Source: a virus (taxonomy: Duplodnaviria > Caudoviricetes). Taken from it: a stretch of 64,000 bases of DNA. Positions 8,214-16,360 of this stretch are shown here, in pieces. The translations under genes and the position numbers were made by a program. Each line of letters starts with the position of its first letter. Position 1 is the stretch's first letter. The DNA is taken from positions 29,878 through 93,877 of IMG/VR virus record IMGVR_UViG_2934051868_000003. One strand, 5' to 3'. The notes beneath the pieces were generated by a model. The model saw only the letters and a list, made by a program, of their open reading frames with translations. It was not told the origin of the DNA and searched no databases.

Positions 8214-11210
8214 TCACCTTCCTGCGGCGAGCGCCGCCGTCGGAGCACGCCCGAACGCCGCGTTCGCGTCGCCGCCGTGATAAACCCGCACGTTGTCCCG
8301 CACCCAGCGGGTGAACGAACCTGGCGCGTCACCCACCCAGGCGATAGCGACCTGCTGCCCGCCGGTGGTAGGTGCCGCGACGGCGGCCCCACCGGCGTAC
8401 GGATCCGCGACCGGGGCGATGCGCAGCGCATACGAATCGGACACGTCCGGCACCGCCGCCGCGATCATCCGATCCCGCGCGGCCTCCACCGTCCCGACCG
8501 CCGAATCCATGCCCTTCGCCAAACCGGGGGGCAACCACCGGCCCACCTCGGTCGCCATCAACTTCGACGGAGACCCGATAGAAAACCCGGCGCGGAACTG
8601 GTTGACGACGTAGCGGGCGAACCCGCGCACCCGATCACCCAGCCAACTGCTCAACGACACGATGCCGTTCCACAAGCCGATGACCAGGTTGCGGCCGGCG
8701 TCGTACATGTCCCGGCCCGTACCGGACAAAGCACCCCGGATCCGGGCGGCTGTGTTCGACGCGGCTGTGCCCGCCCGACCTGCGAGGGTACCCAGCACCC
8801 CGGCGGCGCGGTTCACCGCCGACTGGAACAAGCCGGCGAGCTGCCCCGGCAGGCCACTCAACGTCGTCGTCACCCGGGTACGCACCGACGTGAACTGCGT
8901 CGACACCCGCCCCAACCAGCCTGCGACCGTCGTTGTCGCCCGACCGGTAGCCGACGTGAAAAACCCGCCGACCGTGTCCGGGATCGACGACAGCCAACCA
9001 CCGATCTGGCCGGGCAGCGCCGACAGGGTGCCGCCCACCGAGGCCGCCCACCCGTCGACCGTCTCCCCGATGTCGGTGAAGAAACCCTTCACCGTGTTGT
9101 ACGCGCCGCTGATCTTGTCGGCGAGGTCCTGCACCGCGAACACGAACCCCACCACCGCGGGGATGACGTCCTGGAGCAGGATCCGGCCGAACTCCTTCAT
9201 CTTCGCGATCCACTCGGCGATCTGCCGCCGGTTCTCCGGGTCGTTCAGGAAGTCGGCGATGCCCTGGAACGTCTCGACCACGCCGGAGCCTTTACCGGCG
9301 TCGGCGCCGAACAGGATCACGGTCAGGGATTTGAAGATGGACCCCACCGACCGGCCGATCTTGAAGAAGTCCCGCAGATACCCGCCGGTCCTCTCGAAAA
9401 ACGACTCCAACTTGCCCGACTTGTCGGCCGCCGCCACCCACGCCGAAAAGTCACGGACCAGCTTCGACACCTCATCGCCGAACGCGTCCACGAACGGCTT
9501 CGCCGCCCGCGACAGCCGGCCGAACGCGTCGACCAGCGGACCGGACACCGCATCACCGATGCGGGACAGTGCCTGCCGGATCGACTCGGCGCCTGCGCCG
9601 ATGTTGCGGATGAACTGCGGTTGCGAAATGTTGGAGCCCAGGTTGCGGAAGAACCGGTTGAACGTGTCCGCGTAGCTTCCGAGGGTGGTCCGCAGCTGCG
9701 GCAGCCACGCCGACCCGACCTGCCGGACCGTCTTGTCCAAGCCCTTGAACGCCCGCTCCTGCACATCCAGACGCAGGCTCTCGAACGCCGGCTTCAACCC
9801 CTTCACCGCGTCCACGAACGCCAACGCCGCCGGGCTGAGCTTCGTCAGCTCCTTCGCCACCCCACCCGCCGACGCGCCCGTCTTCTCCTGCGCCGCAGCC
9901 AGGGACTCGTTCGCCGCCACCAAACCCTCTTGCGCCGACTTCAGACCGTCCGCAGCCGACAACAGCGCGTCGTTCGCGGACCGCTGCCGATCGAGCGCAG
10001 CCACCACCTCGTCGGAGCCCTCGACGCCCTTACGGTCCGCCTCAACCTTCGCGTCGGCGGCGTCCTTCGTCGCCTGCGCAGCCTCCTCCGCCGCGAACTG
10101 CGCCTGCTCCAAATCGAGCACCGCCCGCTTGATCGCGAGAGGGTCACCGGAGCGGTACGCCTCCGACAGCGCCTTCTGCGCCTCCTCCACCCGCAACGCC
10201 GCGTCACGCTCATCCAACGCCGCCCCACGCAGAGCGCGCCCAAGGTCTTCGATCCGGCGCACCGCCGCACGGCGGGCCTCCGACACCGCCCGCTGCGCCC
10301 GCAACGACTCGCCCAAAGCGTTCGAGTAGTTGCGTTCCGCCGCCGCCAGGCCGCGCTGCGCCTGCGCCACACCCCGCTGAGCGGCAGCGATCTGACGGCC
10401 CGCCGCAGCCGCCGACTGCCCGGCCCCACCGGCGCCCTTCGCGGTCTCCTTGAACCGCTCCCCGACACCCTTCAGGGCGAGCCCAAACGTCGCCACGGTT
10501 GCGCCCAGACCGGCGAACCCGGCCGGCACCGCACCCAGCGCACCGGCCACGACACCGATCGCACCTGCGGCAGCTGATGCGGCCGGGCCGATCGTAAACA
10601 GCGCCGCGACCGTCCCGCCGATCGCCACCGCGGCGAGGGTCGCCGGGTTGACCACCGAGGCGAGTCCGGCGCCCATCTGCGCGCCCGAGGTCGCCACCGA
10701 CTGGCCCAGCGCGCTGAACGACTGGCCGACCCGCTGCACCGGACCCGACAGCAGCCCCGGAACCTCAGCCGCGACCTGCGCGAACGCCTGCCGGAACCGG
10801 TCCCGGTCCACATCCACCGACACCCGGGCGGTCACACCCCGCGAACCGGCCGCCACGGTTTCCCGCAGCCGTGCCGCGAACGCCGCCGACGAGCCGGCCT
10901 CCACCGGCACGGTCACCTTGACCTGCCGGCCGATCGCCGCGGCGGCGGCAGCGACCTGGGCGCGCATCCCCGACGTGTCCGCCTGCACCGGAATTTTCGC
11001 GTTGGGACGGCCGGCGGTGAGGCTGCGGGTGTTCCAGTCCGGCTCGACCGGAATTTTGATCTTCCGCTTGCCGAGGGCGTCGGCGAGTGCCTTGTCCAGC
11101 CCGGCCGACTTGAACTCGGCAACCACGGCCTCACGCAGACGGCGGGCGAACCCCCGCGCCGACGCCGATACCTCTACGCCAACCTGGCCCACAATGATCG
11201 GAGACGTCAC
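8214..11210 (-). CDS. Tape measure protein
   Basis: 998 aa Ala/Gly-rich helical protein, periodic W/F residues, SPSK motif, after the chaperones. Confidence 0.9.
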   Translation of the reverse strand: MTSPIIVGQVGVEVSASARGFARRLREAVVAEFKSAGLDKALADALGKRKIKIPVEPDWNTRSLTAGRPNAKIPVQADTSGMRAQVAAAAAAIGRQVKVTVPVEAGSSAAFAARLRETVAAGSRGVTARVSVDVDRDRFRQAFAQVAAEVPGLLSGPVQRVGQSFSALGQSVATSGAQMGAGLASVVNPATLAAVAIGGTVAALFTIGPAASAAAGAIGVVAGALGAVPAGFAGLGATVATFGLALKGVGERFKETAKGAGGAGQSAAAAGRQIAAAQRGVAQAQRGLAAAERNYSNALGESLRAQRAVSEARRAAVRRIEDLGRALRGAALDERDAALRVEEAQKALSEAYRSGDPLAIKRAVLDLEQAQFAAEEAAQATKDAADAKVEADRKGVEGSDEVVAALDRQRSANDALLSAADGLKSAQEGLVAANESLAAAQEKTGASAGGVAKELTKLSPAALAFVDAVKGLKPAFESLRLDVQERAFKGLDKTVRQVGSAWLPQLRTTLGSYADTFNRFFRNLGSNISQPQFIRNIGAGAESIRQALSRIGDAVSGPLVDAFGRLSRAAKPFVDAFGDEVSKLVRDFSAWVAAADKSGKLESFFERTGGYLRDFFKIGRSVGSIFKSLTVILFGADAGKGSGVVETFQGIADFLNDPENRRQIAEWIAKMKEFGRILLQDVIPAVVGFVFAVQDLADKISGAYNTVKGFFTDIGETVDGWAASVGGTLSALPGQIGGWLSSIPDTVGGFFTSATGRATTTVAGWLGRVSTQFTSVRTRVTTTLSGLPGQLAGLFQSAVNRAAGVLGTLAGRAGTAASNTAARIRGALSGTGRDMYDAGRNLVIGLWNGIVSLSSWLGDRVRGFARYVVNQFRAGFSIGSPSKLMATEVGRWLPPGLAKGMDSAVGTVEAARDRMIAAAVPDVSDSYALRIAPVADPYAGGAAVAAPTTGGQQVAIAWVGDAPGSFTRWVRDNVRVYHGGDANAAFGRAPTAALAAGR

Positions 11211-11231
11211 GGGGGATCACCCCCGCCCACG

Positions 11232-11654
11232 TCACGTACCGGCGTCGGCCGCCGGAATCAACCCGAGATTGCGCAACCTTTGCGCCACATCATCACCAGA
11301 CACCACCGGGCGCTGCTGCTGCTCACGCGGCTTCTCACCCGGCAACAACACCGGCTCCGGACGTTTACCCTTACCGCCGCCGTTCTGCCACACCAACTGC
11401 GCCGCACGCAACTCCACCCGACGCAGCAGATACGTGTCCAACGACAACTCGGCCGCCGGACCCAACACCGCCCGCCGAAACGCCGACTCGCGCGGCAGAT
11501 GCTCGATGTAGCAGATCAGCTCCCCGACCGGGATCCGCTCTTGCGGCGGCCCGAAGAGGGCTTTGCCGAGGCGGATGCCGTGGAAGCGGTGGAGATCGGC
11601 GGCGACGGCTCCTCCGTGCTCGGCGAGGAGCCGTCGGAGCCCGGCGCTTCCCCC
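11232..11654 (-). CDS. Tail assembly chaperone, -1 frameshift extension (gpGT-like)
   Basis: Open -1 frame entered at GGGGGAA; LPRESA motif. Confidence 0.75.
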   Translation of the reverse strand, partial: GGSAGLRRLLAEHGGAVAADLHRFHGIRLGKALFGPPQERIPVGELICYIEHLPRESAFRRAVLGPAAELSLDTYLLRRVELRAAQLVWQNGGGKGKRPEPVLLPGEKPREQQQRPVVSGDDVAQRLRNLGLIPAADAGT

Positions 11655-11941
11655 GGCCGCATACCGGAATGCTCCAGCCACGCGTCGAACAGCTTCAACA
11701 TCGCCGGCGCCGGCTGCGGGGTGTCCTCCCACTCGGCGGCCCGCTCACCCATACCGGTGCGCAGCACCTCCTGAATGGCGGGCAGGTCCATCTCGTCGGC
11801 GAGGGCAACCATCCGCCAGTCGATGTCACCGAGGTGCGGCAGCGTCCACCGCGACCCAGCCCACGTGAACGTGAACGGGGTGCGCTGTTCCTCAGCCCAT
11901 GCGGCGTCGAGGTCGAAGCCGTTGTTGATGTCGTCAGCCAC
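11516..11941 (-). CDS. Tail assembly chaperone (gpG-like)
   Basis: GTG start; contains PGE slippery site; upstream of tape measure. Confidence 0.8.
   Translation of the reverse strand: MADDINNGFDLDAAWAEEQRTPFTFTWAGSRWTLPHLGDIDWRMVALADEMDLPAIQEVLRTGMGERAAEWEDTPQPAPAMLKLFDAWLEHSGMRPGEAPGSDGSSPSTEEPSPPISTASTASASAKPSSGRRKSGSRSGS
11648..11654 (-). other. Programmed -1 ribosomal frameshift site G GGG GAA
   Basis: Frame arithmetic links ORF 11516-11941 to ORF ending 11232 by a -1 shift. Confidence 0.75.
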
Positions 11942-12203
11942 GGTCGTCCACCTCCGCCCCGTGCTCCTCAGCGCCGATGACAACACGCTTGGCGAACAGG
12001 GTGAGGGTGACAAGCACCGCGTCGTGCTCCCGAAGCTCCAGCTCGTGCACTGTCACAGGAGAGTTCGCTGGTGCCAGCAGCCGTTGTCCGTTGATGCGGA
12101 TTTCGTTCGGGACGACGACGTCACCGGCCGCGTGGTCCGGGTTGGTGGGCTGCGGACGCCGCTCGATGATCTCGATGACGGCGCCGACGGGGCGGTCAGC
12201 CAC
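11934..12203 (-). CDS. Hypothetical beta-rich protein
   Basis: Coupled ORF between major tail and chaperone genes. Confidence 0.65.
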   Translation of the reverse strand: MADRPVGAVIEIIERRPQPTNPDHAAGDVVVPNEIRINGQRLLAPANSPVTVHELELREHDAVLVTLTLFAKRVVIGAEEHGAEVDDRG

Positions 12204-12540
12204 GGCCGGTCACCTCCGGATCGGTCGGCGGCTCCCAGCCGGGGATGCCAGCACGCGGATCAGTCGGCGCCGGCTCCCACACCCGAACCTTGCCCCGACC
12301 AGCAGGCTTGGCCGCCGGCTGCCGCTGCGGACCCGACGCGGCCTCGCCCACCTGCACCGACGACACACCCACCGTGAACGTGAGATGCGCGCCATGCTCC
12401 GTAGACGCGACCTCATAGGCGTACACGGGCGCCGCGACGTCCACGCCGTCCAGCGACACCGAGTAGCCCGTTACCGGGCCGTCCGGCTCGCGTAGCTCCG
12501 TGATGACGGCGGACACGCCCACCGCTGCGTTCTCTGACAT
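12196..12540 (-). CDS. Hypothetical beta-rich protein
   Basis: RBS GGAG before ATG 12540. Confidence 0.65.
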   Translation of the reverse strand: MSENAAVGVSAVITELREPDGPVTGYSVSLDGVDVAAPVYAYEVASTEHGAHLTFTVGVSSVQVGEAASGPQRQPAAKPAGRGKVRVWEPAPTDPRAGIPGWEPPTDPEVTGRG

Positions 12541-12569
12541 GCGGGGTTCTCCAATACACGCATGCGGGG

Positions 12570-12626
12570 TTAAAAAGGAAGAAGGCGCTGGCGGGTAAAC
12601 CCCGCATGGAAAGACCCGCCAGCGCC
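12570..12626 (-). terminator. Intrinsic terminator after the major tail gene
   Basis: 13-bp stem GGCGCTGGCGGGT/ACCCGCCAGCGCC then TTCTTCCTTTTT on minus strand. Confidence 0.75.
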
Positions 12627-12639
12627 AGCACAAGGGGCG

Positions 12640-13200
12640 CTAGGCGGCCATGGAGCTGTCCAGGTAGTACCGGTAGCAGGCGACCGAGTTTCCGTCGAGG
12701 TACGCCGACAGGGTCCATTGGTACACGGTGATGTCTTCGGCGTTCCACACCACGTCACCGCGCTCCGTGACCTCGCCCTGCGGCACCACGATCCGCTGCG
12801 CGCGGGTGCCATCCGTGCCGTGCAGCACCCACGACCGGATGTCGGTCGTGGGTGGCTTCTCCGCCACAGAGGCGCCCTCCGACGTCTGCGTGATCGTGGA
12901 GCCCGGGAACTGGACCCCGAGCGTCAGCAGGCTCGTCTCGGCGGCGGCGAACGTGAAAGTCTTGGTGTACTGGCCCGGGATGCGACGCACCAGCGCCGCC
13001 CCCTGCCAGGCGAAGATGTCCGTCCGGTCCTGGCTCGTGGCCTCCGAGATGCCATCGGAGGTGACCGTGCCGATGTCGAAGAAGTCCGCTGAAAGGCCGG
13101 CAGAGGCCGTGGTGGGCAGCGTGACGGACGTGTCTCCCGCCGCCGTCACAGCGACTAGTCCGTTGGTGTACGCACGGATGAGGCTGACGTTGAGCGCCAT
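12640..13200 (-). CDS. Major tail (tube) protein
   Basis: G...DG...I.AWQ motif typical of actinophage tube proteins; RBS AAAGGA; synteny. Confidence 0.85.
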   Translation of the reverse strand: MALNVSLIRAYTNGLVAVTAAGDTSVTLPTTASAGLSADFFDIGTVTSDGISEATSQDRTDIFAWQGAALVRRIPGQYTKTFTFAAAETSLLTLGVQFPGSTITQTSEGASVAEKPPTTDIRSWVLHGTDGTRAQRIVVPQGEVTERGDVVWNAEDITVYQWTLSAYLDGNSVACYRYYLDSSMAA

Positions 13201-13264
13201 CTCAAATCCTTTCGAGGGCAGCGGTTGACGCCCGGCGGTCAGCCGGGTTGACCTGGGGAAATGG

Positions 13265-13293
13265 TGGAGTGGGCGCTACCAATCTGGTAGCAT
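13265..13293 (+). promoter_or_regulatory. Promoter TGGAGT-N17-TAGCAT overlapped by inverted repeat GCTACCA-ATC-TGGTAGC (13275-13291)
   Basis: Read directly; -10 lies 7 nt before GTG 13301 (leaderless). Confidence 0.7.
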
Positions 13294-13300
13294 CTTTGTT

Positions 13301-13459
13301 GTGGTGCGAGGGGAGCCGAAGGCGTCGCTGAACCTGCGCGTATCGCCTGAGCTGAAGCGTCAGATCGAGGAGTACGCCGCGCGTGCCGGCCTCTCGATCA
13401 CCGCTGCGGCAGTAGTGCTCCTCGCCGAAGGTCTCCGCGCGGAACGACGCAAGCGATGA
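13301..13459 (+). CDS. Ribbon-helix-helix (Arc/HicB-C-like) repressor, 52 aa, absent from the ORF track
   Basis: MVRGEPKASLNLRVSPELKRQIEEYAARAGLSITAAAVVLLAEGLRAERRKR; stop overlaps tnpB start (ATGA). Confidence 0.85.
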   Translation: MVRGEPKASLNLRVSPELKRQIEEYAARAGLSITAAAVVLLAEGLRAERRKR

Positions 13460-14724
13460 GGCGAACCTTCAAGTTCCTGATCCGGCCGACCGCCCGCCAG
13501 GAATCCGCGCTCGCCGCGATGCTCGCGGATCACTGCGACCTCTACAACGCGGCTCTCGAAGAGCGGCGCGCAGCCTGGATCAAGAGGCGAGTCAACGTCA
13601 GCTGCACCGCCCAGCAGGCTCAGCTTCCCGCCATCCGGGCCGCCGACCCCGACCAGGCAAGGTGGGGGTTCAGCTCGCAGCAGGCCACAGTAAGGCGCGT
13701 CTACGAGACTTACGCCGCGTTCTTCCGACGCGCCAAGGCAGGGAACAAAGCCGGGCTGCCGCGCTTCAAGGCTCGCGCCCGCTTCAACACCGTCACATGG
13801 CCCAGTAACCGCGACGGCTGCCGGTGGGACTCCACGCCCGGCGGTCAGACGCGCGTCTATTTGCAGGGCGTGGGGCACGTAAGGGTCCACGCCCATCGGC
13901 AAGTTCAAGGGCGGGTCAAGACGCTGACTGTCACCCGGCGACGCGGCCGGTGGTTCCTGGCGTTGTCGTGCGATGAGGTGCCCGCCGCGCCGCTGCCTTC
14001 GACAGGCCGAAGCGTGGGCATTGACTTAGGCGTGGCAAGCTTGGTCACCACTTCAGCCGGATACATGGTCGGCAACCCGCGATTTGAACGGACGCTCGGC
14101 CCCGACCTTGCCGCGGCGCAGGCTGCCATTGCGAGATGCCAACGTGGCTCTCGGCGTCGGGAGACGTGGGCCAGAAAGGCCGCTGCCCTGTGGGCCAAAG
14201 CTGCGGCCCAGCGGGCGGACCATCACCACAAGCTCGCGCTTCGGCTTATCCGCGACCACGACCTGATCGTTCACGAGGATCTTCGCCCCGAGAACATGGC
14301 ACGACGGTCCAAGTCGTCGTTCCGGCGTGCGCGGTCTGGTCTGAGTCGATCTATATATGACGCCGGGTGGGGTGGCTTCCTGCGCATGTTGCGCGACAAG
14401 GCTGAGAGTGCCGGTCGTGCTGTAGTCGCAGTGAACGCCGCCTACACGTCTCGCCGGTGCGGCTCATGTGGGCACAGCAGCGCCGAGAACCGGCCTTCCC
14501 AGGCGGTGTTCCGCTGCGTGTCTTGCGGTCATGAAGCGCACGCTGATGTGAATGCTGCGATCAACATTCTCAGGGCCGGGCTGGTCCTGCGCGACGCCGT
14601 TCCGGCGATGCGGAAAGCCGCGCCAGCGGCGGAGTCACATGAAGATGTCATTCAGCCGGCGAGCCGATACGCGTTGACTTTCAGCTCGGCGTTGTCCACG
14701 TCGAAGTTGAGCGTGGTGCCGTAA
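13456..14724 (+). CDS. tnpB: TnpB RNA-guided endonuclease, catalytic triad intact
   Basis: HTH start (FKFLIRP..LYNAAL), RuvC GIDLG / HEDL / HADVNAA, zinc finger CGSC..CVSC. Confidence 0.95.
   Translation: MRRTFKFLIRPTARQESALAAMLADHCDLYNAALEERRAAWIKRRVNVSCTAQQAQLPAIRAADPDQARWGFSSQQATVRRVYETYAAFFRRAKAGNKAGLPRFKARARFNTVTWPSNRDGCRWDSTPGGQTRVYLQGVGHVRVHAHRQVQGRVKTLTVTRRRGRWFLALSCDEVPAAPLPSTGRSVGIDLGVASLVTTSAGYMVGNPRFERTLGPDLAAAQAAIARCQRGSRRRETWARKAAALWAKAAAQRADHHHKLALRLIRDHDLIVHEDLRPENMARRSKSSFRRARSGLSRSIYDAGWGGFLRMLRDKAESAGRAVVAVNAAYTSRRCGSCGHSSAENRPSQAVFRCVSCGHEAHADVNAAINILRAGLVLRDAVPAMRKAAPAAESHEDVIQPASRYALTFSSALSTSKLSVVP
14520..14655 (+). ncRNA. Putative TnpB omegaRNA; scaffold ends GGAGTCAC (14638), guide starts 14639; 5' end approximate
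   Basis: CTCAGGGCCGGGCTGG...AAGCC...GGAGTCAC resembles actinobacterial IS605 right ends; omegaRNAs overlap the tnpB 3' end. Confidence 0.65.
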
Positions 14725-14990
14725 ATCGTCGTCTCGAACGGGCCGATGTAGCGGGACGCCCCGGCCGCGATCGAGTAGGTGCGTGGGGTGACGGTCTGGC
14801 CGTCTACGTTGCGGGCGAACCTAACGGTCAGCGTCCGCGCGGTCGAAGAGGCATTCGCGTTTCTTACCAAAAGGCAGGTGCGTCCGTCGTTGGGCATCTG
14901 AAACCCATTCACGGCGTCTCCGTTGACCTCGGCGGTCGGCGCGATGCCCGCCTTGGTGATGTCGGTGACGGCAAGACTGGTGCGGGGCAT
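14652..14990 (-). CDS. Small virion structural protein (beta-rich)
   Basis: RBS GGAGG; NDGR..L.V.N and IGPF...YG motifs; between tail terminator and major tail genes. Confidence 0.7.
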   Translation of the reverse strand: MPRTSLAVTDITKAGIAPTAEVNGDAVNGFQMPNDGRTCLLVRNANASSTARTLTVRFARNVDGQTVTPRTYSIAAGASRYIGPFETTIYGTTLNFDVDNAELKVNAYRLAG

Positions 14991-15067
14991 GAGCAACCTC
15001 CGGGGGCATGACGAACTGGCCGATCCCGAAGGCCGGGCCGGCGGAACAGGGAATGAGGAGGAGAGGG

Positions 15068-15460
15068 CTAGCTTTCGAGCAGCCCGTGGAACCACACCCG
15101 GTACGACGCCGAGCGTTTGAACACCTTCGGATCAGGCGACCAGAACGGCAGCGTCTCGACCCGCACCGCCGACACCGTCAACCCCGACGCCCAGGTGTGG
15201 CCGGGCAGCCGAAGTTGTAGTTCGGCGCGCACCCGGTTGGCGATGTTGCCGGCGTTGTCGGCGCGGGCGGCGTACACGTCCACGTCGAGGATGACGGCGT
15301 CGAGGGTGAGCGCGACTTCGCTACCGGGTCCGGATTGGATGTGAACGAGTGGGGCGGTGAAGTCCCACGGTTGGGGGAGGATCGGGTCGGCCCAGCATTT
15401 GCGTTCGATCCGCGGCTGGAGCCAGCCGGTGACGAGCGCTTCGGGGGTGTTGTCGGTCAT
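15068..15460 (-). CDS. Tail terminator protein
   Basis: Size, DVDVYA motif, synteny. Confidence 0.7.
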   Translation of the reverse strand: MTDNTPEALVTGWLQPRIERKCWADPILPQPWDFTAPLVHIQSGPGSEVALTLDAVILDVDVYAARADNAGNIANRVRAELQLRLPGHTWASGLTVSAVRVETLPFWSPDPKVFKRSASYRVWFHGLLES

Positions 15461-15843
15461 CGGTCGCTCGCGGCGCGGAGGGCGTTGCGGAGGATGTGCA
15501 GGGCGGGGGTGCCGGGATGCTGGACGCGTTTGACGGGGTGGCGGGCGCCGCGCCAGTGCAGTGCCTGCGCGTTCTTAGCCTCGATGACGTGAGGTCGGGT
15601 GCCCTTTTCGAGGATCAGCGAGTGCGGCGCCTTGGCGACCACCCGCACGGTGGCGGTGCGCGCCCCGGTGACCCGTTCGCGGCCGATCTTCGACCGGTAT
15701 TCGTAGGAGCGGACCGGGGCGGTGACCTTCGCCCGGGTGACCACCCGGTCGGCGCGGCCTTCCAGATGCTCGTACATGAAGTCGGCGTGCATCATGCGGG
15801 TGATGCCCGCCTGATCAGCCTTGAACGTCACCTTCACTGACAC
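15457..15843 (-). CDS. HK97 gp10-like neck protein
   Basis: APV.S...E.GT.PH...V.HPGT...LR.AL motifs. Confidence 0.75.
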   Translation of the reverse strand: MSVKVTFKADQAGITRMMHADFMYEHLEGRADRVVTRAKVTAPVRSYEYRSKIGRERVTGARTATVRVVAKAPHSLILEKGTRPHVIEAKNAQALHWRGARHPVKRVQHPGTPALHILRNALRAASDR

Positions 15844-15859
15844 CGGAGCCTCCTCTCGG

Positions 15860-16348
15860 CTAGAGGAGCGCGTCGCCCCAGCTCGGCGCCGAAGGGAACG
15901 ACCACAGCGGCATCAGGTTGTCGCCGCCCGACCCGCCGCCGCCGTTCGCTTCATCGTTCGACACGACCAGCCCGGCCAGCAGCGATTCCATGCGACGTTC
16001 CATGTCGTTCGCCCGCTGCAACGACTGGTCGTCGTGCGGCCACGACCGCTCCACCGCTGCCGCCGCGTACAGGGTCGCGACGAGGCGGGCAGTGTCGTGG
16101 CTGGTCGTGTGCAGCGGGGTGACCCGGGATATCACCCAGGCGATCCCGTCGGCGATGAGCCGGTCCACCGCCCACCCGGTCGGGCGGGTGTCGACGTCGA
16201 ACGTCAGGTAGTAGACGTCCGCCGAACCGGTCGTGGTCGACGGCTGCTGTTTCAGGGTGCGGTGCGGCACGTAATCGGCGACGTTCTCCCGCAGCGGCGC
16301 CCACTCCGGTAGCCCACCGGGGCTGCCCGCACCAGCCGGAATCGGCAT
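15860..16348 (-). CDS. Head-to-tail adaptor
   Basis: Helical 162 aa; synteny. Confidence 0.6.
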   Translation of the reverse strand: MPIPAGAGSPGGLPEWAPLRENVADYVPHRTLKQQPSTTTGSADVYYLTFDVDTRPTGWAVDRLIADGIAWVISRVTPLHTTSHDTARLVATLYAAAAVERSWPHDDQSLQRANDMERRMESLLAGLVVSNDEANGGGGSGGDNLMPLWSFPSAPSWGDALL

Positions 16349-16360
16349 AACACCCCTCCC

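Larger units (their letters stand above)
13239..14659 (+). mobile_element. Transposase-free RHH-TnpB-omegaRNA cassette derived from IS200/IS605, bounded by TCAGCCGG direct repeats
   Basis: TCAGCCGG at 13239-13246 and 14652-14659; opposite strand to the late operon; no tnpA. Confidence 0.7.

Noticed and set aside
7986-10577. 863-aa plus-strand ORF and similar long antisense ORFs (20262-22250, 41987-43603, 60259-62031)
   Set aside because: Arg/Pro-rich shadow frames of real minus-strand genes, expected in high-GC DNA.
13239-14659. Intact autonomous IS605/IS607 element
   Set aside because: No Y1 or serine transposase; the upstream gene is an RHH and the end hairpins are reduced.
13456-14724. 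Nuclease-dead TnpB (TldR-type) regulator or Cas12 with an array
   Set aside because: All three RuvC acidic residues are present and no repeat-spacer array is nearby.
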